From: a bacterium
GTDB lineage: Bacteria > SM23-31
Assembly: GCA_965249485.1 (NCBI GenBank)
Contig: OZ252239.1
Location: forward strand, 2,464,001 to 2,528,000
Length of the DNA stretch: 64,000 bases
Reading direction: 5' to 3'
The notes below the pieces were generated by a model. The model searched no databases, was not told the DNA's origin, and worked only from the letters and a program-made list of their open reading frames with translations. The position numbers and the translations under genes were made by a program. Positions 41,151 to 52,188 of this stretch are shown in pieces (positions within the stretch are counted from its first letter, which is position 1; the number at the start of each line of letters is the position of its first letter).

Positions 41151-43235
41151 GTGCAAGAAGTCAAGACTGAAAACGTTCGAAATATTGCTCTGATTGGACA
41201 CGGAGATGCCGGGAAAACAACACTTGCGGAAGGGATGCTTTTCACAGCAAATGAAACACAGCGATTTGGTTCTGTTGACGATGGGTCAACAGTATCCGAC
41301 TACAATCAAGATGAAATTGATCGAAAAATTTCAATTAATGCCGCATTAATGCATTGTGAGTGGAATAATTCCAAGATCAATATTATTGACACTCCCGGAT
41401 ATATGGATTTTACAGGAGAAGTCAAAGGGGCACTGCATGCCGTTGAATTAGGTTTGCTCGTTGTGAACGCTGTATCAGGACTTGAAGTAGGCTCGGAAAT
41501 AGTCTGGGGTTATTGTGAAAATAAGGACATCCCAAGAGCCATTATTATTAATAAACTTAATAAAGAACATGCAGATTTTAAAAGAGTATTGGGAACGCTG
41601 AAAAACAATTTCAGAAAAAATGTAATTCCTGTTCAAATCCCCATTAGTGAGGGCTTGGCATTTGGTAGCGTTGTAGATATTATCAAAGGTACACTTTACA
41701 AATTTTCGAATGACAAATCAGGAAAATTTACAAAAGAAGATGTCCCTGATTCAGTTAAAGCGGAAGTGGACAGTATTAGAAATGAATTAAAAGAAGTAGT
41801 TGCCGAAAGTAACGATGAACTCCTGGAGAAATATCTTGAAGAAGGTGATATTTCTGAAGAAGAATTTAATAAAGGATTAAGGTCGGCTATTGCCGACGGT
41901 GTAATTTTTCCTCTTTTGTGCACTGCTGCCGATACGAATCTAGGCGCAAAACCGCTTCTTGATTTTATAGCGGAATATTTTCCGAGCCCTTCGGATTTCA
42001 AAAGCATAAAAGGTAGAAATCCAAAATCGGGAGAGGAAAAGGAAGTTTCATATGATTCGGCCGGTAAAGCTGTTTTACAGGTTTTTAAAACAGTTTCTGA
42101 ACCGCATGTCGGTGAGCTTTCATTTTTTAAATGTTTATCCGGTTCAATAAAGCCAGGTCTGGAATTAATGAATACGTCCAGAGATCAGGTCGAACGTATC
42201 GGGCAAATTTACTCGATGAATGGACATATCAGGAATGAAGTATCTCAAATTCAGGCCGGAGATATCGGTGGAGTAGTAAAGTTGAAACACACACATACAG
42301 GTGACACTTTGTGTGATAAGGCTAATCCGATAATTCTGGAAGAAATTGATTTTCCAAGTCCAATTATTCGGATGGCTGTTGCACCGAAATCAAAAGGTGA
42401 TGAAGATAAAATATCGACCGGATTGCACACATTGCACGAGGAAGATCCATCATTTATTGTGGCGGTTGACAATGAGTTGAAGCAAATTATTATCTCGGGA
42501 CAGGGAGAACTCCATTTAGATATTATTGTCAAACGATTGAAGCAAAAAATGGGAGTGGAAGTACTCATAGAGGATCCAAAGATACCTTACCGTGAAACGA
42601 TACGTGGAACTGCAAAAACACAGGGTAAATATAAAAAACAGAGTGGTGGTAAAGGACAGTATGGTGATGTGTGGATTGAATTAGAGCCAATGAAGAGGGG
42701 AGAGGGGTTTCAATTTGTTAACAAAATATTTGGCGGTTCTATTCCTACGAAATTCATTCCAGCTGTCGAAAAGGGGATTGTCGAAACAATGGCAACCGGG
42801 ATTCTTTGCGGTTGCAATGTTGTCGATATTAAAGTAACCCTAAATGATGGATCGTATCATGCTGTTGATTCCTCAGATATGGCATTTAAGATTGCCGGAT
42901 CTATGGCCTTGAAAAAGGCTTTTGTTGATGCTAAGCCCACTCTTTTGGAGCCTCTTTATGAAGTTGAGGTTGTAGTGCCAGAAGAATTTATGGGTGATGT
43001 CATGGGTGATTTGTCTGGACGGAGAGGAAAAATCCAGGGTATGGAGGCAGAAGGACATTTTCAAAAGATAAAAGCAATGGTTCCACTTGCTGAGCTTTAT
43101 AAGTATTCGACAACTCTAAGGTCGATTACGAGTGGTAGAGGAATGCACCGGAGAAAAATTCACGGATACGAAGAGGTACCGCGAGAAATATCCAATAAAA
43201 TCATTCGGGAGTATAAATCCGAAGATCAGGAATAG
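41151..43235 (+). CDS. fusA: Elongation factor G paralogue (EF-G2-like)
   Basis: GHGDAGKTT, RKISI, DTPG, KKQSGGKGQYG, VDSSDMAF; divergent G1/G2 motifs; outside the str operon. Confidence 0.88.
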   Translation: MQEVKTENVRNIALIGHGDAGKTTLAEGMLFTANETQRFGSVDDGSTVSDYNQDEIDRKISINAALMHCEWNNSKINIIDTPGYMDFTGEVKGALHAVELGLLVVNAVSGLEVGSEIVWGYCENKDIPRAIIINKLNKEHADFKRVLGTLKNNFRKNVIPVQIPISEGLAFGSVVDIIKGTLYKFSNDKSGKFTKEDVPDSVKAEVDSIRNELKEVVAESNDELLEKYLEEGDISEEEFNKGLRSAIADGVIFPLLCTAADTNLGAKPLLDFIAEYFPSPSDFKSIKGRNPKSGEEKEVSYDSAGKAVLQVFKTVSEPHVGELSFFKCLSGSIKPGLELMNTSRDQVERIGQIYSMNGHIRNEVSQIQAGDIGGVVKLKHTHTGDTLCDKANPIILEEIDFPSPIIRMAVAPKSKGDEDKISTGLHTLHEEDPSFIVAVDNELKQIIISGQGELHLDIIVKRLKQKMGVEVLIEDPKIPYRETIRGTAKTQGKYKKQSGGKGQYGDVWIELEPMKRGEGFQFVNKIFGGSIPTKFIPAVEKGIVETMATGILCGCNVVDIKVTLNDGSYHAVDSSDMAFKIAGSMALKKAFVDAKPTLLEPLYEVEVVVPEEFMGDVMGDLSGRRGKIQGMEAEGHFQKIKAMVPLAELYKYSTTLRSITSGRGMHRRKIHGYEEVPREISNKIIREYKSEDQE

Positions 43236-43294
43236 TATTACTAATGGGATATAATCTGCCCGTATAAATATTTTTGATATTTCGGCTTTAGTAT

Positions 43295-43801
43295 ATGATG
43301 GAACGATTATGGTCGCCTTGGCGCATGAAGTATGTTAAAACACTCAAATCGTCAAAAAACGGGTGCGAATTCTGCGGTATTGACAGGGATAAAAATGATA
43401 CAGAGAACTTTGTTGTTATTAGAAGCAAATATAACTTTGTAGTGATGAATATTTATCCCTATAACAGCGGACATTTACTCATAGTACCATATAAGCATAC
43501 GAAAAATTTTACTGCTATCCCTGTCAGGATTCTGAATGAATCAATGGCATTGATTCATTCATCTGTAGCGGTCTTAAAGAGTATTTATAAACCGGATGGA
43601 TTCAATGTTGGCTTGAATATCGGCTCTGCTGCCGGAGCGGGGATTGTTGACCATATTCATTTTCACGTTGTACCGAGATGGAAGGGCGATACAAATTTTC
43701 TTCCGGTATTTGGCGAAACAAAAGTGATTTCCCAGGACCTGAAAGAGAGCTATGAATTGATTCGTGCAGGATTTCAGAAATATAATTCAACTCAATCATA
43801 A
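43295..43801 (+). CDS. HIT-family hydrolase
   Basis: LWSPWR, YPYNSGH, HIHFHVVPRW. Confidence 0.93.
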   Translation: MMERLWSPWRMKYVKTLKSSKNGCEFCGIDRDKNDTENFVVIRSKYNFVVMNIYPYNSGHLLIVPYKHTKNFTAIPVRILNESMALIHSSVAVLKSIYKPDGFNVGLNIGSAAGAGIVDHIHFHVVPRWKGDTNFLPVFGETKVISQDLKESYELIRAGFQKYNSTQS

Positions 43802-43818
43802 CACGATCTTATCCAAAT

Positions 43819-44940
43819 GTGAATAGAGCAGCACCCCACACAAAAAACTCCTTTCGAGTATTACATATTTCTCCATTTAATACTGCCGGAGTGCCTTATA
43901 CCTTTGTAAAAGCGGAACAAGAACTTGGACTCGATAGCCGGCTGATCACTCTCAAAAAGCATACATTTGAATTTGGCGAAGACATTTGTCTCAATGCCCC
44001 TTTTATCACCACGCCCGGTATGAAGACATTCAAATCAGTTCTGCAGTATTTAAAAAGAAAACAGCCTCATAAAGAGTATTCTACTCCTCCTGTTAGAAAC
44101 CACTCAGAAATAGAAAAGAGGCTTTTTGCAGTTCGAGATGTTCTTTGGAACGTGAAGTTTGGCTCATTTCTGAAAAAATTTGATGTATTTTCCTTTAATC
44201 TTGTTCATCTCGATGGAGGAAAAGGTTTTTTTTCAGATTCCCGGATTATTAAAGAGATGATTAACAGGAATATTCCGGTGATCTGCACCTATTTGGGTAG
44301 TGATTTACGGGTGCGTGGTATCGATCCGGAAATTGATCGGTTGAGCAGTTGTAATTTTACAGTAGAAGTTGATCACATGAAGATTTATCCCGGGATACAT
44401 TGGCTGCCGTTTCCTTTTGATTTTTCAGACTTTCACTTTAAAACTGATGTTACTCGGTCGCCTATTGTAGTTGGTCACGCTCCATCAAATTGTGTAGTAA
44501 AAGGAACAGATTTCATTCTTGAAACTCTGCATCGACTGAAAAAAAAGCTCGATTTTGAAATTCTGCTTATTGAGAACATAACACATAAGCAAGCTTTAAA
44601 TCTAAAGAGTACCTGTTCGATTTTTATTGACCAATTGACTGATATAGGATTCGGCATTAATGCCATAGAGTCTCTTGCTATGGGGATACCGACTTTAACA
44701 AGCCTAGTCTCTGAATATAGAGATATGTTTCCGGATGCTCCATTCATAGAAATTACAAAAGATAATCTTGAACAAGAACTGTATTCTTACATCACAAGTG
44801 TGGAAAAAAGAACGAAATTGGGAGGTGAATCATACGATTGGGTTCGGAAAAACCACGATAAATGTGAGGTTTTAAAGCAAATGTATCGCCGGGCAGCCGA
44901 ATGTATTCCTTCACTCAAAGATGTCTGTTCTCACTTTTAG
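43819..44940 (+). CDS. Glycosyltransferase family 4-like protein
   Basis: GSDLR, HAPSN..KGT, IDQL…GINAIESLAMGIP. Confidence 0.75.
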   Translation: MNRAAPHTKNSFRVLHISPFNTAGVPYTFVKAEQELGLDSRLITLKKHTFEFGEDICLNAPFITTPGMKTFKSVLQYLKRKQPHKEYSTPPVRNHSEIEKRLFAVRDVLWNVKFGSFLKKFDVFSFNLVHLDGGKGFFSDSRIIKEMINRNIPVICTYLGSDLRVRGIDPEIDRLSSCNFTVEVDHMKIYPGIHWLPFPFDFSDFHFKTDVTRSPIVVGHAPSNCVVKGTDFILETLHRLKKKLDFEILLIENITHKQALNLKSTCSIFIDQLTDIGFGINAIESLAMGIPTLTSLVSEYRDMFPDAPFIEITKDNLEQELYSYITSVEKRTKLGGESYDWVRKNHDKCEVLKQMYRRAAECIPSLKDVCSHF

Positions 44941-45030
44941 TGAACCTTACGGAGAATTAACTGGTTTTATCACTATGAAGTTGATACACGAATAAATACA
45001 ATTTCATATCTAACAAGAAAGCTATCTTCA

Positions 45031-46683
45031 ATGATGTTCGAGAGTTTATTTCGGTTTTTTGTTGCCGTGCTCATTATTGCATGCGCATTTTCAGCGCAAG
45101 CCCAATCAACGGTATCTGACAGTGAATTAGGCTCAAATAGTATTAGTTTTAGCAATGTTGCGAAAATCTCAAATTCAGTTACAAATGACTTGTCTATAAA
45201 TGTTTTTGACATTTCCGACCTTTCAGAAAAATATAGAGAAATAGCGCATTTGGGAATTACATCGGCATATAGAGATGCTCCGTTTTTGGATAATGCGCTT
45301 GCTTTGTTTGATACTCTTATACTCATGAGACCTGACCGACCTGAAGGATTTTTCCTCAATGCTGCACTATATTATTCAATTGCACTCTTTGATCGTACGG
45401 AAGAAGTTACCGAAAAATTTACGTACAATTCTGAAAAAGCAATTGAACTAACCAATACATTATTAGAAGAAGATCCGGAAAATCCCTATTATTACTTCTA
45501 TCTTGGCGCAGTACATGGAAATCTTGGTTTGCAGAATTTGGAACTGGGAAATTATTGGCGTGCATACAGAAACGGATCAAAAGGAAAGAGTTATCTGGAA
45601 AAAGCTCTCGAAATTGATCCTAAATTTGCAGACGCGAAATTGGGTATTGGAATGTTTCAATACTATCTGGATATTCTACCGAAATACCTTAAATTCTTTC
45701 TGTTTTTTGTAAGATTTAAGGGTGACAGAGAAGAAGGATTGGAAAATGTTCATGATGCAGCGCAAGAGGGCTTAATTACACGCATAGAAGCAAATTATTT
45801 TCTTGCCCGTGTATATAATAAATATGAAGGCAGGGTATATGAAGCCGAAAAATTATTTCAATCCCTTTATGAAGCATTTCCAGATAACTACTATTTTCGT
45901 TGGTCATTAGCAAGATTCTATTACGAAAATGGCAACTTGTCGGCTGCACACGATTTGTTTGAGAAATTTCTCAAAGTTCCGCATAAATATTACAATCAGA
46001 GTATTCGTTACTATCTCGGTGTTATTGCACATGAAACAGGTAACTACAGCACATCAAATGGTCATTTTTATGTTCTCCTCAATCTTATTAAAACGAGTGA
46101 TAAAGAGCAAAATAAAAGCAGGCTGCGTGATGTATATTACCGGATAGGGCTAAATTACGAATATCAATCGGACAGAAAAAGCGCTGTACGGTACTATTCA
46201 ATGGCTATGAATGTTGACTCAGACAACTTAAAGGACGAGCTGAAAGAACGCAGTAATTTCCCCATTACTCCAGACGAATTGCATATAAGATCAATAGAAG
46301 CTTTATTAAAGGCAGAAAATTATACTGCAGCTCTTATTACGTATGACAGTCAACTTCCTGCTGCTCATAATGGTAATGATGGAGTAAATATGTCTTCCAA
46401 TATCGCACTCCTGAAATCTGAAGTATCATTTTATATGAATAATATTGATTCTGCACGTAATTTTTTCAGTAGCCATTCTGAAGATGATTATAAAAGTAAT
46501 GAATATCGTGTACGCTATAATCTTCTGGGTGCAAGATTAGGAATGAATAGTAGCAATATGGATATTGTAGAGATGTATATAAAAAGAGCAAGTGAATTGG
46601 ATTTACAAGAATTGCCGATATTCTATGTGAGAGTGTCAAATGGCATACAACATCAGGCTTTTGGTTCTGTGCTATACAGATGA
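45031..46683 (+). CDS. Secreted TPR protein
   Basis: Signal peptide (AQA); TPR repeats. Confidence 0.75.
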   Translation: MMFESLFRFFVAVLIIACAFSAQAQSTVSDSELGSNSISFSNVAKISNSVTNDLSINVFDISDLSEKYREIAHLGITSAYRDAPFLDNALALFDTLILMRPDRPEGFFLNAALYYSIALFDRTEEVTEKFTYNSEKAIELTNTLLEEDPENPYYYFYLGAVHGNLGLQNLELGNYWRAYRNGSKGKSYLEKALEIDPKFADAKLGIGMFQYYLDILPKYLKFFLFFVRFKGDREEGLENVHDAAQEGLITRIEANYFLARVYNKYEGRVYEAEKLFQSLYEAFPDNYYFRWSLARFYYENGNLSAAHDLFEKFLKVPHKYYNQSIRYYLGVIAHETGNYSTSNGHFYVLLNLIKTSDKEQNKSRLRDVYYRIGLNYEYQSDRKSAVRYYSMAMNVDSDNLKDELKERSNFPITPDELHIRSIEALLKAENYTAALITYDSQLPAAHNGNDGVNMSSNIALLKSEVSFYMNNIDSARNFFSSHSEDDYKSNEYRVRYNLLGARLGMNSSNMDIVEMYIKRASELDLQELPIFYVRVSNGIQHQAFGSVLYR

Positions 46684-46837
46684 ACGGATGTCTTGAAAAA
46701 GAGTAAATAAAACAAATGAGACTGGAGAATTCCGGTATTACAGTCGAAATAGTATACATGCAATGATACAAAGAGAATTGTATGAAAAATATTTATCATA
46801 CTATAATTTCTGTTAAAATGGGATTGAGGAAATATTA

Positions 46838-47953
46838 ATGAAATCAGGCGGATATACTAGATCTATTATACTTCTGTTTGCTTTTGTTGCAACGTCATGC
46901 TCCATAATTCCCAGGGGGCTTACAAGCAACCCTGTTTCGGAATCAAGACCTGCTTATGTTGAGTATTATTCTTCAGGAAAGCAGGCTTATGACACTGGTG
47001 ATATTGAACAAGCTCAGCAAAATCTGCAACGTTGTCTTGAGCTCAATCCCGAATACTATCCAGCAATGGAACTGCTCGGATACACCTTGTTTTCCTCCGG
47101 CGAATATGAAGAAGCTTTACAGCAATTTTCAAATGCATTGCGTGGCAATGCATACTCGGTAAACGCTCGTCTGGGAAAGGGGCGAATTCACATGATGCGG
47201 AGAGAATTTGAAAATGCAATTGTGGAGCTATCGGCTGCTCTGCGGATTGATCCGGCAAATGCAGATGTCCATTTTTACAAAGGTATGGCACTGAGACAGA
47301 AAGGTGATGATTTTTTGAGTTGGACATCGCTGATTCGCTCAATTATTAATGATGCGTCATACCGTGCTACGGTTGCCGAACTAATTCCTTTGCAGGAATC
47401 CCACATTGCGCGACTGTTTCAGAAAGAGTATCTTACAATCGAACAAAATGCAGTAATCAGCAGAGCTGATGCAGCAGCCTTAGTAGCTGTAATTATTGTT
47501 GAGAATCCTGCAAATATGAGTGTTCAACTGCGTGGTGATTTTCAGATTCCCCGGCAATTTCAGGCTGTTCAATCAACATTGAAAGTTGCAGATGTGCCTG
47601 AAGCATATTGGGCTTACGACGTGATCAATATGGCGGTTACAACAGGAATAATGCAGCTTGATTTGGAAAATTATTTCAATCCTGAACATGATTTGACAAA
47701 ATTGGAATATGCCTTAATTCTCCAGGAACTGCTTATAGGTGTATTGGATGAACCAGAACTCAACACACGATATTTTAGCAGAGGTGAATCGTTTCCCGAT
47801 TTGAACAGTTCGCATTGGGCGTACAACGCCGCACGATTATGTGTCGAATATGGATATTTACAACCGCATGATTCAGGGGCATTCGGTACAGATGACACTG
47901 TTAGAGCATACGATGTGATATCTACTTTTGAGTCAATAGTGAAAATGAAATAA
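46838..47953 (+). CDS. TPR lipoprotein with SLH-like domains
   Basis: Lipobox TSC; TPRs; DVPEAYWA and FPDLNSSHWA SLH-like motifs. Confidence 0.8.
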   Translation: MKSGGYTRSIILLFAFVATSCSIIPRGLTSNPVSESRPAYVEYYSSGKQAYDTGDIEQAQQNLQRCLELNPEYYPAMELLGYTLFSSGEYEEALQQFSNALRGNAYSVNARLGKGRIHMMRREFENAIVELSAALRIDPANADVHFYKGMALRQKGDDFLSWTSLIRSIINDASYRATVAELIPLQESHIARLFQKEYLTIEQNAVISRADAAALVAVIIVENPANMSVQLRGDFQIPRQFQAVQSTLKVADVPEAYWAYDVINMAVTTGIMQLDLENYFNPEHDLTKLEYALILQELLIGVLDEPELNTRYFSRGESFPDLNSSHWAYNAARLCVEYGYLQPHDSGAFGTDDTVRAYDVISTFESIVKMK

Positions 47954-48192
47954 AGATGTAATCTTCAAAATAAATTCATCCTATTATTAAAGAAAGCCTT
48001 AAACTGAAGTATCTTACCTGAATCCCCTTGATTTTTTCGTTAATACTTACTAAGTTCCACTGCTTTTATTGCACAGAAACCTTTAGAACCTCACCGTTTC
48101 TCAAGGAATAATTTCATTACTTCGTAAGCTACATTATACTGCTATTTATATTTTGAATTGTGTCTATGAACCATTGAATATTTGGGGTGACT

Positions 48193-48750
48193 ATGATACC
48201 TGCAACACAATTAAAAGTTGGAATGATTATCAAGTTTAAAAATTCAATGTATCGTATAAATTCAATTCTGCATCAAGCTATGGGACGGGGAGCAGGGAAG
48301 GTTGTAGCAAAAATGAAAGATATTAAAACGGGAGCGAACATTGAACAGCGGTTCAGATCTACTGAAAGTCTGGAACCAGTTCGTATTGAGGGGCACGAGA
48401 TGGAGTATCTATATTCTTCTGGTACAGAATACTGTTTTATGTATACCGATACGTATGAGCAAATTATGCTTAATGCTGAACTTATCGATGACATTAAAGC
48501 ATATCTCCTCCCCAACGCAAAATATAGTGTTGATTTTCATGAAGAAAATCCCATCGGTATACAGCCTCCGCGTACATTGGAATTGAAAGTAACTGAAACA
48601 GACCCTTCTATCAAAGGAGCTACTGCATCTGCATCAATGAAACCGGCTACGCTCGAAACTGGACTTGTTGTTGGAGTTCCTCCTTTTATTGAAATCGGTG
48701 ATGTGATAAAAGTAGACACCAGCGAAAAAAAATATCTTGAACGTGCATAA
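48193..48750 (+). CDS. efp: Elongation factor P (Arg-loop type)
   Basis: MEYLY, YEQI, KPATLETG, VPPFI, KVDT; loop HQAMGRGAG. Confidence 0.93.
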   Translation: MIPATQLKVGMIIKFKNSMYRINSILHQAMGRGAGKVVAKMKDIKTGANIEQRFRSTESLEPVRIEGHEMEYLYSSGTEYCFMYTDTYEQIMLNAELIDDIKAYLLPNAKYSVDFHEENPIGIQPPRTLELKVTETDPSIKGATASASMKPATLETGLVVGVPPFIEIGDVIKVDTSEKKYLERA

Positions 48751-48849
48751 CTTTTCGAATGGGTAATCTCATCATAGGTGAATGAGTGGATTGAATTCGA
48801 CAAAGCATTAATTCTCAATTTTCAATAGCCATCAAATAAAGAGTTCTCT

Positions 48850-49641
48850 ATGGACCTAGGTCTTAAAAATGCAGTTGCTGTAGTTGCCGGTGCAAGTAGT
48901 GGCCTTGGTAGAGCTGTTGCAACAGAGCTTTCTCATGAAGGTTGCAAAGTATCTATCTGTTCCCGCACTAAAGAGAATATTGCAAAAACTGCCCAGGAAA
49001 TTGAAAGTAAAACTGGCAATCCTGTGTTGTCATATCCGGCCGATGTTACAAATATTAACGAAATAAAAAGTTATATTGATGCAACAATTGCAGAGTTCGG
49101 TGATATAAATATTTTGATCTGTAATGCTGGGGGACCACCATCTACACACTTTGAAGATACAAATGAACAGCTTTGGGAAAAAAGCCTTACACTAAATCTG
49201 AAAAGTGCAATCCGATTAACGGATGCTGTTCTTCCTTCGATGAAGAAAGCAGAATGGGGACGTATACTCTATATAACATCGGTGTCTGTAAAATCTCCTA
49301 TTGATGGTCTCATTCTTTCTAATGTAAGCAGAGCAGGTGTAGCAGGTCTTTCAAAGACAGTAGCAAAAGAGTTTGCATCTTATAACATTCTTGTCAATAC
49401 AATATGCCCGGGTTTCATTTCGACACAGCGTACTTTTGAACTTGCACAAGCCATCTCACAAAAAAAAGGAATTCCTCAGAAAGAAGTTGAGCGCTCTTTT
49501 GTGTCTGATATTCCACTTCAGAGGATGGGGACACCGGATGAATTTGCTAATCTTGCTGTATTTCTAGTGTCAAAAAGGGCAAGTTACATTACAGGTACTG
49601 CAATTCAGGTCGACGGAGGTAAATATCCCGGATTACTGTAG
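48850..49641 (+). CDS. SDR oxidoreductase
   Basis: GASSGLG, NAGGPP, SYITG..VDGG. Confidence 0.9.
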   Translation: MDLGLKNAVAVVAGASSGLGRAVATELSHEGCKVSICSRTKENIAKTAQEIESKTGNPVLSYPADVTNINEIKSYIDATIAEFGDINILICNAGGPPSTHFEDTNEQLWEKSLTLNLKSAIRLTDAVLPSMKKAEWGRILYITSVSVKSPIDGLILSNVSRAGVAGLSKTVAKEFASYNILVNTICPGFISTQRTFELAQAISQKKGIPQKEVERSFVSDIPLQRMGTPDEFANLAVFLVSKRASYITGTAIQVDGGKYPGLL

Positions 49642-49719
49642 GCCTTGTTCAAATCAAGCATTATTTTACAATAACACGTTTCACTATAATAGTCACCTGT
49701 ATCTTAGGTTATGCGATAA

Positions 49720-51693
49720 ATGAACCGTATTATACATACGCATGTTGAAAAAAAACTCCATCGGCAAATTCATGTTCTGGATAAAAAACTCTATGAGCGT
49801 TTAGGTCATATAATAAATACCGATAATACTGAAGTGAATGTGTCTCACAAGCTGCGAATCATTCGTGACAATAGGGCGCTTAATATATTCTTACTGACAC
49901 AAAATTTCTGTGAAAACAACAGACTCTCGCTCTTAACACTCAAAAAAAACATATCTCACCAGGCGGCACTCTTTTACTATATTGGGGATTCGGCAAGTTC
50001 AGGTGAATTCTCAGAGCTTATCGATTTTTCGATTCCTGAACCGGTCAATGAGATCTTTTTGAACCATGCGATCGATAATGGGTTTGAGCTTCTTGAACAG
50101 CGTCATGAAATCAGACACTTGCGGGATGAGCTTTCTTCGCGCAACGCCCAGATTCAGGAACTTGCCCATATCGGTCAACAGCTTATGATGGAGAAAGATC
50201 TCACTACTCTATTAAATCTGATTCTTCGTAAGAGCAGAGAAGTAACTTTGGCAGATGCCGGGAGCCTATATCTTGTTGAAGAAAATGAAGAGATGGGGAA
50301 GCACCTCCGGTTTATGATAACACAAAATGATTCTGTATCATTTGATTTTAAGGAATTCATTGTACCAATTTCGCGCAAGAGCATTTCAGGATATGTTGCC
50401 GATACGGGAAAAATGCTAAATATCCCCGATGTCTATACAATATCTAAGAAAAGTGTGTACTCTTTTAATAAAGAATTCGATATAAAACTTGGTTATAGAA
50501 CTAAATCAATGCTGGTTATTCCGCTTCGTAACCATTTTGATGAAATCATCGGTGTGCTACAGTTGATTAACCGAAAAATGAGCTGGAATAAACGTCTGAA
50601 GACACAAGCAGATTTTGAGCATTCTATTGTCTCATTTAGTGATGAATGTATTGAAATGGTTACTGCATTAGCCGGACATGCAGCAATTTCCATTGAAAAT
50701 AATTTTCTCTACAGGAGTATCGAGAATCTTTTTGAAGGATTCGTAAATGCTTCGGTCACAGCTATTGAATCCCGGGATCCGACCACATCAGGCCATTCTT
50801 CCCGAGTTGCTCTTCTAACGGAAAATCTTGCAATATCGGTTGATAGCGTAATCAGTGGTTCGTTACGCTCAGTCACCTTCAACAGAGATCAGATTAAAGA
50901 AATCAGATATGCTTCTCTTCTTCACGATTTTGGCAAAGTTGGCGTAAGAGAGCAGGTGCTTTTAAAGGCGAAGAAATTATATCCTTACGAACTCAAAGAT
51001 ATCATGTTTCGGTTAGGATTTCTTAAACAGTCTGAAAAAATCAAAAACATGCAGAAACGGATTCAATTTCTCATCGACTACGGCATTGAAAATCACCACG
51101 TGGTATTCCGTGATATGGATGTAGAATTGGATGAGAATATGGCGGAGCTCGATGAAATCATAAATCTTATCTGTGAATTGAATGAGCCTTCCTTAATGGA
51201 AATTGACAGATCGCTCATACTCAAGGAATTAGCAGGACGGACGTTTTTTGACTATAATAATGAGATTAAAGAGATATTGAACATTCAGGAAATCAATGCG
51301 CTTTCAATTAAACGAGGAAGTCTCGATGAACGTGAACGACTGGAAATCGAATCGCATGTTAACCATACATTCAACTTTCTTTCAAAAGTACCGTGGACGA
51401 AAGATATACGGAATATTCCCGGAATTGCGGTTGCACATCATGAAAAATTAAATGGGGATGGCTATCCGAACAATCTGACTTCAAAAGATATACCAGTCCA
51501 GGCGAAAATAATGACGATTTCAGATATTTTCGATGCGCTGACCGCAGCCGATAGGCCGTACAAAAAGGCTGTTCCGTATGAGCGAGCACTCACAATATTG
51601 CAATATGAAGTTGAAGATAATCATATTGATCCCGAATTAGTAAATGTATTCATTGAAGCGGAAATATATAAATGTGTTTTAAAATCAAATTGA
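49720..51693 (+). CDS. GAF + HD-GYP phosphodiesterase
   Basis: GAF region; TSGHS, LLHDFGK, HHEKLNGDGYP, DRPYK. Confidence 0.92.
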   Translation: MNRIIHTHVEKKLHRQIHVLDKKLYERLGHIINTDNTEVNVSHKLRIIRDNRALNIFLLTQNFCENNRLSLLTLKKNISHQAALFYYIGDSASSGEFSELIDFSIPEPVNEIFLNHAIDNGFELLEQRHEIRHLRDELSSRNAQIQELAHIGQQLMMEKDLTTLLNLILRKSREVTLADAGSLYLVEENEEMGKHLRFMITQNDSVSFDFKEFIVPISRKSISGYVADTGKMLNIPDVYTISKKSVYSFNKEFDIKLGYRTKSMLVIPLRNHFDEIIGVLQLINRKMSWNKRLKTQADFEHSIVSFSDECIEMVTALAGHAAISIENNFLYRSIENLFEGFVNASVTAIESRDPTTSGHSSRVALLTENLAISVDSVISGSLRSVTFNRDQIKEIRYASLLHDFGKVGVREQVLLKAKKLYPYELKDIMFRLGFLKQSEKIKNMQKRIQFLIDYGIENHHVVFRDMDVELDENMAELDEIINLICELNEPSLMEIDRSLILKELAGRTFFDYNNEIKEILNIQEINALSIKRGSLDERERLEIESHVNHTFNFLSKVPWTKDIRNIPGIAVAHHEKLNGDGYPNNLTSKDIPVQAKIMTISDIFDALTAADRPYKKAVPYERALTILQYEVEDNHIDPELVNVFIEAEIYKCVLKSN

Positions 51694-51711
51694 AAGGTGC
51701 TGTATGGTATT

Positions 51712-52179
51712 ATGACACCTAATAAAGAACATTCCGATGAGTTATTGCTTCCCGAAGCGACAGTCGGTGGGCTTATATTTAATGCAAACGGTGAACTGTT
51801 TCTAATGAAATCAGATAAATGGAATGGCAAGTTCTGTATTCCAGGAGGGCATATCGAGCTTGGTGAGACAATGAAAGAGGCAATAGAGCGGGAGATTAAA
51901 GAAGAAACAAATCTTGATGTGTCAGATGTGCAGTTTCATTCACTCCAGGATTGTGTTTTCTCAAAATATTTTCATAAAAAACGCCATTTCATATTTGTCG
52001 ATTTTGTGTGCAAAGCGGTATCGGATGCTGTAGTACTCAATGAAGAAGCGACCGACTATACATGGATCAAATTGAATGAAATTGAGAAATATTCTATTGA
52101 AGCGTATACGCTACAGTCTATAAACCATTTATTGAATAAAGAGAATATATCCCCATATTTAACCAAAACAAATGCTTGA
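51712..52179 (+). CDS. NUDIX hydrolase
   Basis: GGHIELGETMKEAIEREIKEETNL Nudix box. Confidence 0.93.
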   Translation: MTPNKEHSDELLLPEATVGGLIFNANGELFLMKSDKWNGKFCIPGGHIELGETMKEAIEREIKEETNLDVSDVQFHSLQDCVFSKYFHKKRHFIFVDFVCKAVSDAVVLNEEATDYTWIKLNEIEKYSIEAYTLQSINHLLNKENISPYLTKTNA

Positions 52180-52188
52180 AGATTAATC

